A stretch of DNA of 37,768 nt from Akkermansiaceae bacterium (GCA_050049035.1 JASFWU010000001.1:1-37768), one strand, 5' to 3'. Shown: positions 28,210 to 36,719, counted from the first letter of the stretch. Numbers and translations: made by a program. The notes: generated by a model not told the origin, from the sequence alone.

Positions 28210-29697
28210 ATGTCAGAGACCACTTCCACCGCAGATCCCAAAGCTGTTGCTTTGCGTGCTTCGATCGATCGCTCTCTTCGCCACCCGGTGATGTTCTTCT
28301 TCACGAGCGGGTCGCTCTGGCTTTTCGGGGCGATCGTCCTTGGTCTCATCGCCTCGGCGAAGCAGCACTCACCCGGCTTCCTGAGTTCCTTCTCCTGGTT
28401 CGATGCCGGGAAGGTCGACGCCGCACACATGACCGCCCTGATCTACGGATGGGGCATGCAGGCGGCCTTCGGAATCATCATCTGGCTCATGGCCCGTCTC
28501 TCCCGCAAGGAGTGCACCAACGTGGGAACCATTCTTTGGGCCGGTCACATCTGGAATGCCGCAATCTCCTACGGCGTGATCAAGATCTTGATGGGGTTTG
28601 GTTCCGGCATCCAATACATGGAGCTTCCCGGTGAAGTCTGGCCGGTTCTTCTTTTCTGCTACGGACTCATCACCATCTGGTCGCTGATTCAGTTTCAGGT
28701 TCGCGACGCCGGGCACGTTTATGTGAGCCAGTGGTATCTCCTCGCGGCCCTTCTCTGGTTCCCGTGGATCACCTTGACCAGCTGGGCGCTCGTCTTTGTC
28801 TTCGACGGACACCCCCTCATGGCCACCGGGATCACCTCGTGGTTCAAAGGGACGCTCTTCACTCTCTTCTTCCTCCCTGTCGCCCTCGCGAGCGCCTACT
28901 ACCTCGCACCCAAGGTCACCGGGCGTCCGGTTTACAGCTACAACATCGCGCTCTTTGGGTTTTGGGCTCTCGCTTTCTTCGGTCCCTGGGCTGGAATGCA
29001 GAAGCTGACCGGGGCTCCCATTCCCCAGTTCCTTCCCTACGCCGGAGCGGCTTCGATGATTCTCATTCTCATCCCGGCCATCGCGGTTGGCTACAACATC
29101 ATCCGCACCATTCTCAGCAATGGCAGCCTGGTGGCGCAAAGCCCTTCCCTCCGCTTCTCGATCGCCGGAGTGGTGCTCTTCCTGCTCTTCGGGGTGCTCT
29201 CCCTTTTCCTTCACCTTCCTCCTTCGCTTCGTCTGACCCAGTTCAGCTTCAGCGGATATGGACTCGATATCCTGGGAATCTACGGCGTCTTTTCATTCTG
29301 CGCCTTCGGAGCCATTTACTTCGTGGTGCCCCGCATCACCCGACGCGAGTGGCTCTCCCGCCGCCTCATCAAGTGGCACTTCTTCTTCTCAATCTACGCC
29401 CTCGGAACCGTCGTCTTCTGCGCGGTCATGGGTGGGATCTCCCAAGGCAACGGAATTGAAGATCTCTCCCAGCCCTTCGGCACCATGGCTTCCCGGAGCC
29501 AGCAGTTCGCCTGGGGTGTCACCATCGCGTGGGCCTTCGTTCTCCTCGCCAACTTCCTCTTCTGTCTCCACCTCCTCCTGATGTGGGCCCGCCTTGGACG
29601 TCGTTCCTCGCACCCGACTCTTCTCAAGGAAGATCATGCCGGCAGCCCGCATGGTCCGGAAGGAGAGATCGACAACTACGGATCCGCTTCAGCCTAA
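28210..29697 (+). CDS. cbb3-type oxidase subunit I (CcoN)-like membrane protein lacking the CuB and most heme ligands
   Basis: 495 aa, about 12 TM helices. Clear CcoN-like blocks are present: QYMELPGEVWPV, VYVSQWYLLAALLWFP, YYLAPKVTGRPVYSYNIALFGFWAL and PWAG. At the ligand positions, GHNAVG reads KGTLFT, PHHLHY reads MQKLTG, and GHVHSG reads SGYGLD. Only the helix-2 His (AAHMTAL) is kept. Confidence 0.75.
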   Translation: MSETTSTADPKAVALRASIDRSLRHPVMFFFTSGSLWLFGAIVLGLIASAKQHSPGFLSSFSWFDAGKVDAAHMTALIYGWGMQAAFGIIIWLMARLSRKECTNVGTILWAGHIWNAAISYGVIKILMGFGSGIQYMELPGEVWPVLLFCYGLITIWSLIQFQVRDAGHVYVSQWYLLAALLWFPWITLTSWALVFVFDGHPLMATGITSWFKGTLFTLFFLPVALASAYYLAPKVTGRPVYSYNIALFGFWALAFFGPWAGMQKLTGAPIPQFLPYAGAASMILILIPAIAVGYNIIRTILSNGSLVAQSPSLRFSIAGVVLFLLFGVLSLFLHLPPSLRLTQFSFSGYGLDILGIYGVFSFCAFGAIYFVVPRITRREWLSRRLIKWHFFFSIYALGTVVFCAVMGGISQGNGIEDLSQPFGTMASRSQQFAWGVTIAWAFVLLANFLFCLHLLLMWARLGRRSSHPTLLKEDHAGSPHGPEGEIDNYGSASA

Positions 29698-29719
29698 AGT
29701 TTTCACGCCACTACACCCC

Positions 29720-30448
29720 ATGACTTTTAAAGCCTTCTTGATTGGTCTTATCGGCACCTTCGGTCTCCCGTGGTTGTTTGCGGTGATCATTCCTTTTGCG
29801 ACGATGCAGGGGCTCGACCCGGTCGAGTTTGAAGAAGACGGCCCCTCGACGGGCGTCTACAGCCCCAAGCGGGAAGGCCGGATCACCGAGGGTTCCATCA
29901 TCTACGGACAGGAAGGCTGCTACCAGTGTCACACCCAGGTCATTCGTCCGACCTATGCGGGTTACGATGTGCACCGCGATGAGTGGGCTGGCATCGGAAG
30001 CCCCAAGAAGAGCACTCGCCGTGAGACTCTTCCCTGGGATTTCGCACAGGAAAAAACCGCTCACATTGGCATCAGCCGCGTAGGGCCGGATCTTTCCAAC
30101 TTTGGCCGCCGTGTGACCCATCATCTCAAGGGCGGCGACACCACGCCCGAAGAGTGGGTTCTCATGCATCTTTATAATCCACAGGAGGTCTTCCGCTACG
30201 ACAGCCCGAAGGAAGTAGCGATCAACTCCACCTGCCCGTCCAAAGGCGGTCTCTTTGATGTCGTCGATGTCTACGGAGCCGGGAGCCGGACTCTCCCGGT
30301 GGCCATCGAAGAAGGAAAAGGGGTCATGCCCACCGACCGCGCCCGTGCTCTCGCCAGCTACCTTCTCTCCCTGAAAAAGGACACCTTTGGCAACCCCGTT
30401 CCGGAATCACTTAACTTCAACCCTCGAACTGCCAGTTCCGAAGAATAA
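29720..30448 (+). CDS. cbb3-type oxidase subunit II (CcoO/FixO)-like monoheme cytochrome c
   Basis: 242 aa from MTFKAFLIGL, which forms a TM anchor. The CcoO-like blocks are GQEGCYQCHTQVIRP, RVGPDLSNFGRR and WVLMHLYNPQEV. The ORF track's upstream start at 29594 overlaps the previous gene. Confidence 0.75.
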   Translation: MTFKAFLIGLIGTFGLPWLFAVIIPFATMQGLDPVEFEEDGPSTGVYSPKREGRITEGSIIYGQEGCYQCHTQVIRPTYAGYDVHRDEWAGIGSPKKSTRRETLPWDFAQEKTAHIGISRVGPDLSNFGRRVTHHLKGGDTTPEEWVLMHLYNPQEVFRYDSPKEVAINSTCPSKGGLFDVVDVYGAGSRTLPVAIEEGKGVMPTDRARALASYLLSLKKDTFGNPVPESLNFNPRTASSEE

Positions 30449-30449
30449 C

Positions 30450-31220
30450 ATGTCTGATTCATCGCAAAACAGCGACGCCCGTCCCGATCTCGAGGAATCG
30501 ATCAACGTCCCCGAGGCGCATGGAGCTTTGGCTAATAGCCAGGCCGCCGCAAGCCGTGAGAATACCGTTCGCGAAAACGGCATGGAGGCTGTTTCGCTTT
30601 GGCTGGTCTTGATCTCGGCGATCGTTGTCCTCGCTGCCGGTGCCACCATGGGCAAGGGAGGAGGATTTTTCAGCTACAGTGAGACGGTGATTGCTGGTTA
30701 TGTCCAGGAAGAGTCTCCAATCGAGATCCCTACTGAAGCTCAGCCGGAAGGCATCAAGAAGCTTCTTATGGCAGAAGGCAAAAAGGTCTATGCCAACTGT
30801 GCTTCCTGTCACCAAGCGAACGGACTTGGCCAAGCCGGGGTCTTCCCACCTCTGGCTGGCTCCGAATGGGTCACTGGAAACACCGAGGCCCTAGCAATGA
30901 TCATCAAAAATGGAGTTGCCGGGAAAATCGACGTCAAAGAAGTCACCTACAATGGCAACATGGCTGCCATCGGAGCCAACTTGAGTGCCAAGGAACTCGC
31001 CGCTCTCATGACCTACATTCGGAACGACTGGGGCAACGATGCGAGCATTGTGACACCCGAGATGGCAGCCGCCGCCATAAAAATTTCCGACGAACGTGCT
31101 GGCGGTCAGGTCTCTGCGGAGGAGCTGAAAAAATCGCATGACAAGATGCTCGAGGGTGACATTTTGGACCCAGAAACTCTTGTTGATCCGGACACTTTCG
31201 AGCCCGTAGCAGCTGAGTAA
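30450..31220 (+). CDS. Membrane-anchored class I monoheme cytochrome c
   Basis: 256 aa from MSDSSQ, starting 1 nt after the previous stop. It has one TM helix (VSLWLVLISAIVVLAAGA), a CASCH heme motif, a downstream YNGNMAA Met ligand candidate and MTYIRNDWGN. Confidence 0.8.
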   Translation: MSDSSQNSDARPDLEESINVPEAHGALANSQAAASRENTVRENGMEAVSLWLVLISAIVVLAAGATMGKGGGFFSYSETVIAGYVQEESPIEIPTEAQPEGIKKLLMAEGKKVYANCASCHQANGLGQAGVFPPLAGSEWVTGNTEALAMIIKNGVAGKIDVKEVTYNGNMAAIGANLSAKELAALMTYIRNDWGNDASIVTPEMAAAAIKISDERAGGQVSAEELKKSHDKMLEGDILDPETLVDPDTFEPVAAE

Positions 31221-31249
31221 AATCGACTAACCCGACCATAGAAATACCC

Positions 31250-33157
31250 ATGAGTGCGGACACCCACAGCGCCCAAGACACCCACGATCACCACGACGAC
31301 CACCACCACGTTCTTCCCTGGTGGCAAAAGTATCTTTTCTCGACGGATCACAAGACCATCGGGATTCAGTACGGTCTCGCGGCAGGTGCCTTCCTCCTTT
31401 TTGGTTTCCTTTTGATGATCGTGATGCGCTGGAGCATCGCCTACCCGCATGAGCCTCTTCCCGGCTACCTCAGCTGGATGTTCACCGACGGCTGGAAAGC
31501 ACGTTGGTTGGTCGATGGCAAGGTCACCGGCGAGACCTACAACATGTTCGGTGCGATGCATGGAACGATCATGGTTTTCCTGGGAGTCGTGCCTCTCGGT
31601 TTTGCTGCGTTCGGTAACTACGTCACGCCACTTCAAATTGGTGCGCCCGACATGGCTTTCCCCAAGCTGAACATGGCCAGCTTCTGGATCTACCTCCTCG
31701 GTGGGCTCGTGATGTGCATGTCCTTCTTCATGGAATCTGGTGCCGCCAAATCCGGATGGACCAACTACTCGCCATTGGCGGGATACGCCGACAGTCAGAT
31801 TGTGAACCAGTTCCTCGCGGGACAAACGCAATGGCTCATCGGTCTGGTCCTATTGATCACCTCGTCGCTCCTCGGCTCGGTGAACTTCATCACCACCATC
31901 ATCCAGCTTCGCGCCAAGGGCCTCACCTGGATGCGCCTTCCCTTCTTTGTCTGGGCCATGCTAGTCACCGGTTTCCTCCTTCTCCTGGCCTTCCCGCCAC
32001 TTGAAGCCGCCGGCATCATGCAGCTCATGGACCGTGTCACCGGTTCTTCCTTCTTCATGCCTTCCGGCCTCTTCTCCTCGGCAGACGGCGTTGCGATGGA
32101 CCTTTCCGGATCCGGCAGCCCGCTTCTTTTCCAGCACCTCTTCTGGTTCCTGGGACACCCTGAGGTTTATGTCCTTCTTCTTCCGGCCATCGCTTGCGTC
32201 GCGGAGATCATTCCCTGCAACACCCGCAAGCCGCTTTGGGGATACAAGTCGATGGTCTACGCGGTCATCGCTCTCGGATTCCTCTCCTTCATCGTTTGGG
32301 CCCACCACATGTATCTCACTGGAATGGGACCAGTCATTTCGACCTTCTTCCAAACCACCACAGTGTTGATTTCGGTGCCGTCGGTGATTCTTCTCACCTC
32401 ACTGATCATCTCGCTTTGGGGTGGCTCCATTCGCTTCACCATGCCGATGATCTGGGCCGCGGCCTTCCTTCCGATGTTTGGAATCGGAGGTCTCACCGGT
32501 CTGCCTTTGGCCTTCAACTTGGCGGATCTCCACCTTCACGACACCTACTACGTGATCGGTCACTTTCACTACGTGGTGGCTCCGGGCATCCTCTTCGGTC
32601 TCTTTGCCGGGGTTTATCACTGGTATCCCAAGATGACCGGTCGATACATGGACAACTTCCTCGGCCATCTTCATTTCTGGCCGTCCCTCATTTGCATGAA
32701 CTTCCTGTTCTTCCCCATGCTCACCCAGGGGATGGCTGGCTTCCACCGTCGTTGGTATAACGGGGGTGAAGGCTACATCGAGAAGGCCGCTGAAGGCGTG
32801 AACGTCTTCGGAATCACCGTTGCGGAGAAGATCTCCCTCAACGAGGTCATGACCGCTTCCGCCATTGCTCTCGCCATTTTCCAGGTTCCCTTCCTGATTA
32901 ACATGGCAGTCAGTTACTGGCGCGGCAAGAAAGTCACCAGCGACAACCCATGGGATGCCACCACTCTCGAGTGGGCCACCCCGACGCCTCCGGGACACGG
33001 AAACTTCACTTTCGAGCCTTCGATTTACCGGGGTCCTTACGAATACAGCCGTCCTGATCACGACACCGACTTCTTCCCGCAGTGGGAAGAGCCCAAGCGG
33101 GACAAGCCGGCTGAGAAACCTGCCGAGGCTCCCGAAAAGGAGACCACCAAGGCCTAG
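31250..33157 (+). CDS. ctaD: Cytochrome c oxidase (A-type heme-copper oxidase) subunit I
   Basis: 635 aa. All ligand motifs are present: FSTDHKTIGIQY, GAMHGTIMVF, LFWFLGHPEVYVLLLP (including the HPEVY Glu/Tyr of A1-type enzymes), WAHHMY and HDTYYVIGHFHYV. The N-terminus is His-rich (THDHHDDHHH). Confidence 0.95.
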   Translation: MSADTHSAQDTHDHHDDHHHVLPWWQKYLFSTDHKTIGIQYGLAAGAFLLFGFLLMIVMRWSIAYPHEPLPGYLSWMFTDGWKARWLVDGKVTGETYNMFGAMHGTIMVFLGVVPLGFAAFGNYVTPLQIGAPDMAFPKLNMASFWIYLLGGLVMCMSFFMESGAAKSGWTNYSPLAGYADSQIVNQFLAGQTQWLIGLVLLITSSLLGSVNFITTIIQLRAKGLTWMRLPFFVWAMLVTGFLLLLAFPPLEAAGIMQLMDRVTGSSFFMPSGLFSSADGVAMDLSGSGSPLLFQHLFWFLGHPEVYVLLLPAIACVAEIIPCNTRKPLWGYKSMVYAVIALGFLSFIVWAHHMYLTGMGPVISTFFQTTTVLISVPSVILLTSLIISLWGGSIRFTMPMIWAAAFLPMFGIGGLTGLPLAFNLADLHLHDTYYVIGHFHYVVAPGILFGLFAGVYHWYPKMTGRYMDNFLGHLHFWPSLICMNFLFFPMLTQGMAGFHRRWYNGGEGYIEKAAEGVNVFGITVAEKISLNEVMTASAIALAIFQVPFLINMAVSYWRGKKVTSDNPWDATTLEWATPTPPGHGNFTFEPSIYRGPYEYSRPDHDTDFFPQWEEPKRDKPAEKPAEAPEKETTKA

Positions 33158-33191
33158 ACTGAATCACTTCATTCCAATCCCTCACTGATCC

Positions 33192-34979
33192 ATGGAAATT
33201 CCATTTGTCGTTAATGCCCGGAAAGACACCGGTCTCTTCAACTCCAAGGTAGGCATCTGGCTCTTCCTGGCTTCCGAGGTGACCTTGTTCGGTGGTCTTT
33301 TCTCCGGGTATCTTTTCCTCCGACTCTACGCGGACTACCCTTGGCCCGAGCGCGCGCTTCCCGTCCTGCCCGGTCTCATCAACACCTTCGTCCTCATTGG
33401 ATCGTCGGTCACGGTGGTTTTCGCTTGGGCGGCGCTCAAGATGCGTGAGTGGAAAAAGTTTCAGCTCTACATGTCGATCACCTTGGCATGCGCGGCCATA
33501 TTCATGGTTCTGAAAGGAGTCGAGTATTCCGCCAAGTTTGGTCACCAAGGTGTTCAGATTGCTGGTGACGGACCGGTCCAGGGACGCGAAATCGTCGAGG
33601 GCCACGTCCACTATGCAAAGGTGGGCGAAGACGGGTTGATTGAGGAGGTCAAGAAAGAGAATAAGGACGACGAAGGAGTCTTCCTTGCCAATAAGGTTCT
33701 CTTCAAGGTCAGCGAATTGTCCTTCGTGCTTAAGCGCCCGACTCATGAGGCCTACGTCGATTCCATTTTGGAACAAGCGGCGGCTGCCGAATCAAAGATC
33801 ACCCTCACCGAAGCATACCGCGTCATTGATCCCGACCAGTTGATGGAGGGCAAGATGAGCCGTGAACAGCTACTCAAGGGCGACGAGGCCGTCGTGGTGG
33901 ACGCAGGTGAGGAGCTTTCCATCGATGCTCTCGACAAGATGGAGGATGCCTTTCTTGATGCGCGAAGCTACGATCAGAAGTTGTCGACCAAGTTTCTTGC
34001 TGCGTCCTGGGATTGGGTCCGTGAACAACCCGGATATTCCGAGAAAGAAATGCAGGGAACCTACGTGGTCACCGAGGAAATCTGGACCGACCGCCGTAAA
34101 GAAGATGCCGACAAGCTCAAGCAGCTGACTTTGCAGGCTCCGCTTTCAGTGTCCTTCAAAGTGGACCCGCCGTTCACTCTTGTTCTCGGGCCCAACGATC
34201 TTGTCAAGTATGACAAGGAAAGTGGCCAGCTTCGCGATGACACCACCATGGCCGGTGAGCTACTCCCAAGTCCGATCATCATGGGAGTCGATGCGCTTGA
34301 CTTCCGGACCACCGCGCAGCGTGCCGAGGCCGAGGGTCTTGATCCACTTCCAGTGATCGAGGGCACCTGGCTTCTCACCCACAAGCCTGTCCACCATCAC
34401 GGTGACGCCGGTGAAAAGGGCGAAGGCGGAGATGATCGAAACACCTTCAAGAAGATCTGGGATTGCCACATGGCCTGGCTCAAGACCGAGGAAAAGCGTC
34501 TTGCCGAGAAGGACCGGGAGCCCACCGACAATGATCGCTATCGGGTAAATTGGGACCAGATCATCGCCTACAAGGAACTCGATTATGACGCTGCGAAGGT
34601 TGAAGAATACTGCGCTGACCGTGATGACGACAAAGAGCTCTACAGCTCGGGTCTCTTCGATCTCAAGGGCTTTGCGGGTGCCAATCACAGCAAGTTCGAT
34701 TTCCCTCATCTCGAAATTCCCCGCGAGAGGGTGAACTTTGAGTCCACCTTCACTCCGAAGTGGAACACCTATTACGCCATCTACTTCACCATCACCGGTC
34801 TTCACGGTCTTCACGTGATCGGGGGCGCGATTGTTCTTGGTTACTACCTCTTCTTCGGACGGAAGATGTATGAATCCAATCCCGAGTGGCTGGCGAACAG
34901 GGTCGAGATTGGTGGCCTCTTCTGGCACTTTGTTGACCTCGTCTGGATCTTCCTCTTCCCGATCCTCTACTTGATGTAA
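33192..34979 (+). CDS. ctaE: Cytochrome c oxidase subunit III carrying a ~400-aa hydrophilic insertion
   Basis: 595 aa. The N-terminal ~115 aa (VGIWLFLASEVTLFGGLF...VLKGVEYSAKFGH) and the C-terminal ~75 aa (YYAIYFTITGLHGLHVIGG...GLFWHFVDLVWIFLFPILY) are canonical subunit III helices. A long acidic non-membrane segment separates them. Confidence 0.85.
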   Translation: MEIPFVVNARKDTGLFNSKVGIWLFLASEVTLFGGLFSGYLFLRLYADYPWPERALPVLPGLINTFVLIGSSVTVVFAWAALKMREWKKFQLYMSITLACAAIFMVLKGVEYSAKFGHQGVQIAGDGPVQGREIVEGHVHYAKVGEDGLIEEVKKENKDDEGVFLANKVLFKVSELSFVLKRPTHEAYVDSILEQAAAAESKITLTEAYRVIDPDQLMEGKMSREQLLKGDEAVVVDAGEELSIDALDKMEDAFLDARSYDQKLSTKFLAASWDWVREQPGYSEKEMQGTYVVTEEIWTDRRKEDADKLKQLTLQAPLSVSFKVDPPFTLVLGPNDLVKYDKESGQLRDDTTMAGELLPSPIIMGVDALDFRTTAQRAEAEGLDPLPVIEGTWLLTHKPVHHHGDAGEKGEGGDDRNTFKKIWDCHMAWLKTEEKRLAEKDREPTDNDRYRVNWDQIIAYKELDYDAAKVEEYCADRDDDKELYSSGLFDLKGFAGANHSKFDFPHLEIPRERVNFESTFTPKWNTYYAIYFTITGLHGLHVIGGAIVLGYYLFFGRKMYESNPEWLANRVEIGGLFWHFVDLVWIFLFPILYLM

Positions 34980-35016
34980 TCTCGATTTTCCCAACCGAAT
35001 CCAACCTCATTCACTT

Positions 35017-35412
35017 ATGGCTGATTCCATTGCAGAAGTTCAGAAAGCGAAAAAGCTCTACATGTTCATCGGGCTTCTTCTCTTCTTTTTCACCGTTGTC
35101 ACCGTCATGGTGGCCACTGTTGAGGACCTCGACTTTGGCGAGCACGGCTTCGACAAGGCTGATGCCATCATTGGTCTGCTCATCGCGGCCTTCAAAGCTT
35201 CCCTGGTGATGATCATCTTCATGCACCTCAACCATGAGAGGCCGTTGATCTACTTCGTCTACATCCTCGGAATCGTGATGGCCATTTTCTGTATGTGGCT
35301 GATTGGTTGGTCCAAGAGCGATATCACCAGCTTCGGTGATCCCAACGCGAAAGACGGTTTCTACGACCCTGCAAAACCTGCGACTGATCCCCACGGTGGA
35401 TCGGACGACTAA
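35017..35412 (+). CDS. ctaF: Prokaryotic cytochrome oxidase subunit IV family protein (COX4_pro/CyoD-like)
   Basis: 131 aa, three TM helices, with the family-typical FKASLVMIIFMHLNHE motif. It is positioned after ctaE. Confidence 0.75.
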   Translation: MADSIAEVQKAKKLYMFIGLLLFFFTVVTVMVATVEDLDFGEHGFDKADAIIGLLIAAFKASLVMIIFMHLNHERPLIYFVYILGIVMAIFCMWLIGWSKSDITSFGDPNAKDGFYDPAKPATDPHGGSDD

Positions 35413-35425
35413 CCGCATTCAAACC

Positions 35426-35629
35426 ATGTCGATCAAAGGCTTCCATCTCATCTTCATCTTTGTCGCGGCCCTTTTCAGTGCGGGTGTCGGGGTGTGGGCC
35501 TTGTTCCTGGATGACAAGTCCAGCGGGATCGGCACCAAGATCTTCGGCGGGGTCACTCTCGCTGCCGCAGTCGCTCTCGTGATCTACGGCATCTACTTTC
35601 GCCGCAAAGCCAAAGACATCATTGTCTGA
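35426..35629 (+). CDS. Small two-helix membrane protein in the oxidase operon
   Basis: 67 aa: MSIKGFHLIFIFVAALFSAGVGVWALFL...GGVTLAAAVALVIYGIYFRRKAK. It starts 13 nt after ctaF on the same strand. No family recognised. Confidence 0.45.
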   Translation: MSIKGFHLIFIFVAALFSAGVGVWALFLDDKSSGIGTKIFGGVTLAAAVALVIYGIYFRRKAKDIIV

Positions 35630-35655
35630 ATACCCAAATCCACCCCGAGACACCC

Positions 35656-35877
35656 ATGAACTCCATCCTCACTCCTTTGGCTTGCGCCACTTGCGCCCAG
35701 GCTTTCGAACACGGCGGAAAAGATGCCGCCGGATGGGCCATTGCCCTCATGCTTCTCGTCATCGTTCCTCTCGTGACGATGGTGGTTTGGTTCATGATCA
35801 AGATCGCAAAGCGCGAGAAGTCAGGCCTCGATCCTGAATTGTGCGACGACTACGTCGCTCCGCCCTCAAATTCCTAA
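35656..35877 (+). CDS. Small single-pass membrane protein with N-terminal CxxC
   Basis: 73 aa: MNSILTPLACATCAQAFEHGG, then a TM helix WAIALMLLVIVPLVTMVVWFMI. It ends 12 nt before coxB. No family recognised. Confidence 0.45.
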   Translation: MNSILTPLACATCAQAFEHGGKDAAGWAIALMLLVIVPLVTMVVWFMIKIAKREKSGLDPELCDDYVAPPSNS

Positions 35878-35889
35878 ATCTTTCCCGAT

Positions 35890-36696
35890 ATGTTTATTCC
35901 TCTCAACTGGTCAAAATGGCTCGGCATCCCGGAGAATTTCTCGGATCACGGAAGTAACGTTGATCACCTGATCGACATTGTTCACTGGTTCATGTTCGCC
36001 CTTTTCGTGGGCTGGACCCTCTTCTTCCTCTTCTGTCTCTGGAAGTTCCGCGCTTCCAAGAATCCGAAGGCCAGCTACCACGGAGTTCAAAACCACGTTT
36101 CCAGCCACCTGGAAATCGGTGTGGTCATTATCGAAGCCGTCCTTCTCCTCGGTTTTGCTTTCCCGCTTTGGTGGGAGCGCACCGATCAATTCCCCGAAGT
36201 GCAAAAGACCGACCCGACCCGCGTTCGCGTGATCGCTTATCAGTTTGGTTTCCAGTATCACTATCCTGGTAAGGACGGGAAGTTCGGGCGAATTGACCGG
36301 ACCCTCGTGAAAGGACCGGGCGATGCCTGCATCGACCCGGACGATCCCCAGGGATACGACGATTTCATCTCGGGCACGCTCAAGCTGCCCGTCGATCGCA
36401 ACGCCATCCTCCAGATCACTTCGACCGACGTCATTCACAACTACTCCATCGTCCCGATGCGCATCCAGCAGGACGCCATGCCCGGCAAGGACATCCCGAT
36501 GTGGTTCAAGCCGATCAAGGAGCTCGAGACCGGTGTGGTTTGTGGCCAGCTTTGCGGTGAGAACCATGCGGTCATGAAGGGCACCATGGAGGTGATTGCC
36601 CAGAAGAAGTATGACAGCTGGGCGATCGAGCAGAGCGACGCTGCCTTCAAGAAGTCACCGGGTGGCAAAGCCGCCAGTGAGGTGGCCAAGAGGTAG
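35890..36696 (+). CDS. coxB: Cytochrome c oxidase subunit II (CuA subunit, no fused cytochrome c domain)
   Basis: 268 aa with two N-terminal TM helices and a cupredoxin domain. CuA ligands are DVIHNYSI and CGQLCGENHAVM (C-x3-C-x3-H-x2-M). There is no CxxCH motif. Confidence 0.9.
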   Translation: MFIPLNWSKWLGIPENFSDHGSNVDHLIDIVHWFMFALFVGWTLFFLFCLWKFRASKNPKASYHGVQNHVSSHLEIGVVIIEAVLLLGFAFPLWWERTDQFPEVQKTDPTRVRVIAYQFGFQYHYPGKDGKFGRIDRTLVKGPGDACIDPDDPQGYDDFISGTLKLPVDRNAILQITSTDVIHNYSIVPMRIQQDAMPGKDIPMWFKPIKELETGVVCGQLCGENHAVMKGTMEVIAQKKYDSWAIEQSDAAFKKSPGGKAASEVAKR

Positions 36697-36719
36697 GGAA
36701 ATTGCCTGCGGGGCGATTC

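Noticed and set aside
30221-30241. Possible replacement of the CcoO axial Met (S-x-M-P) by Cys in the CcoO-like protein (INSTCPSK, Cys172 at 30233-30235).
   Set aside because: The alignment crosses an apparent insertion (RYDSPKEVAIN) and cannot be registered reliably by eye. It needs a profile or structure alignment before any claim is made.
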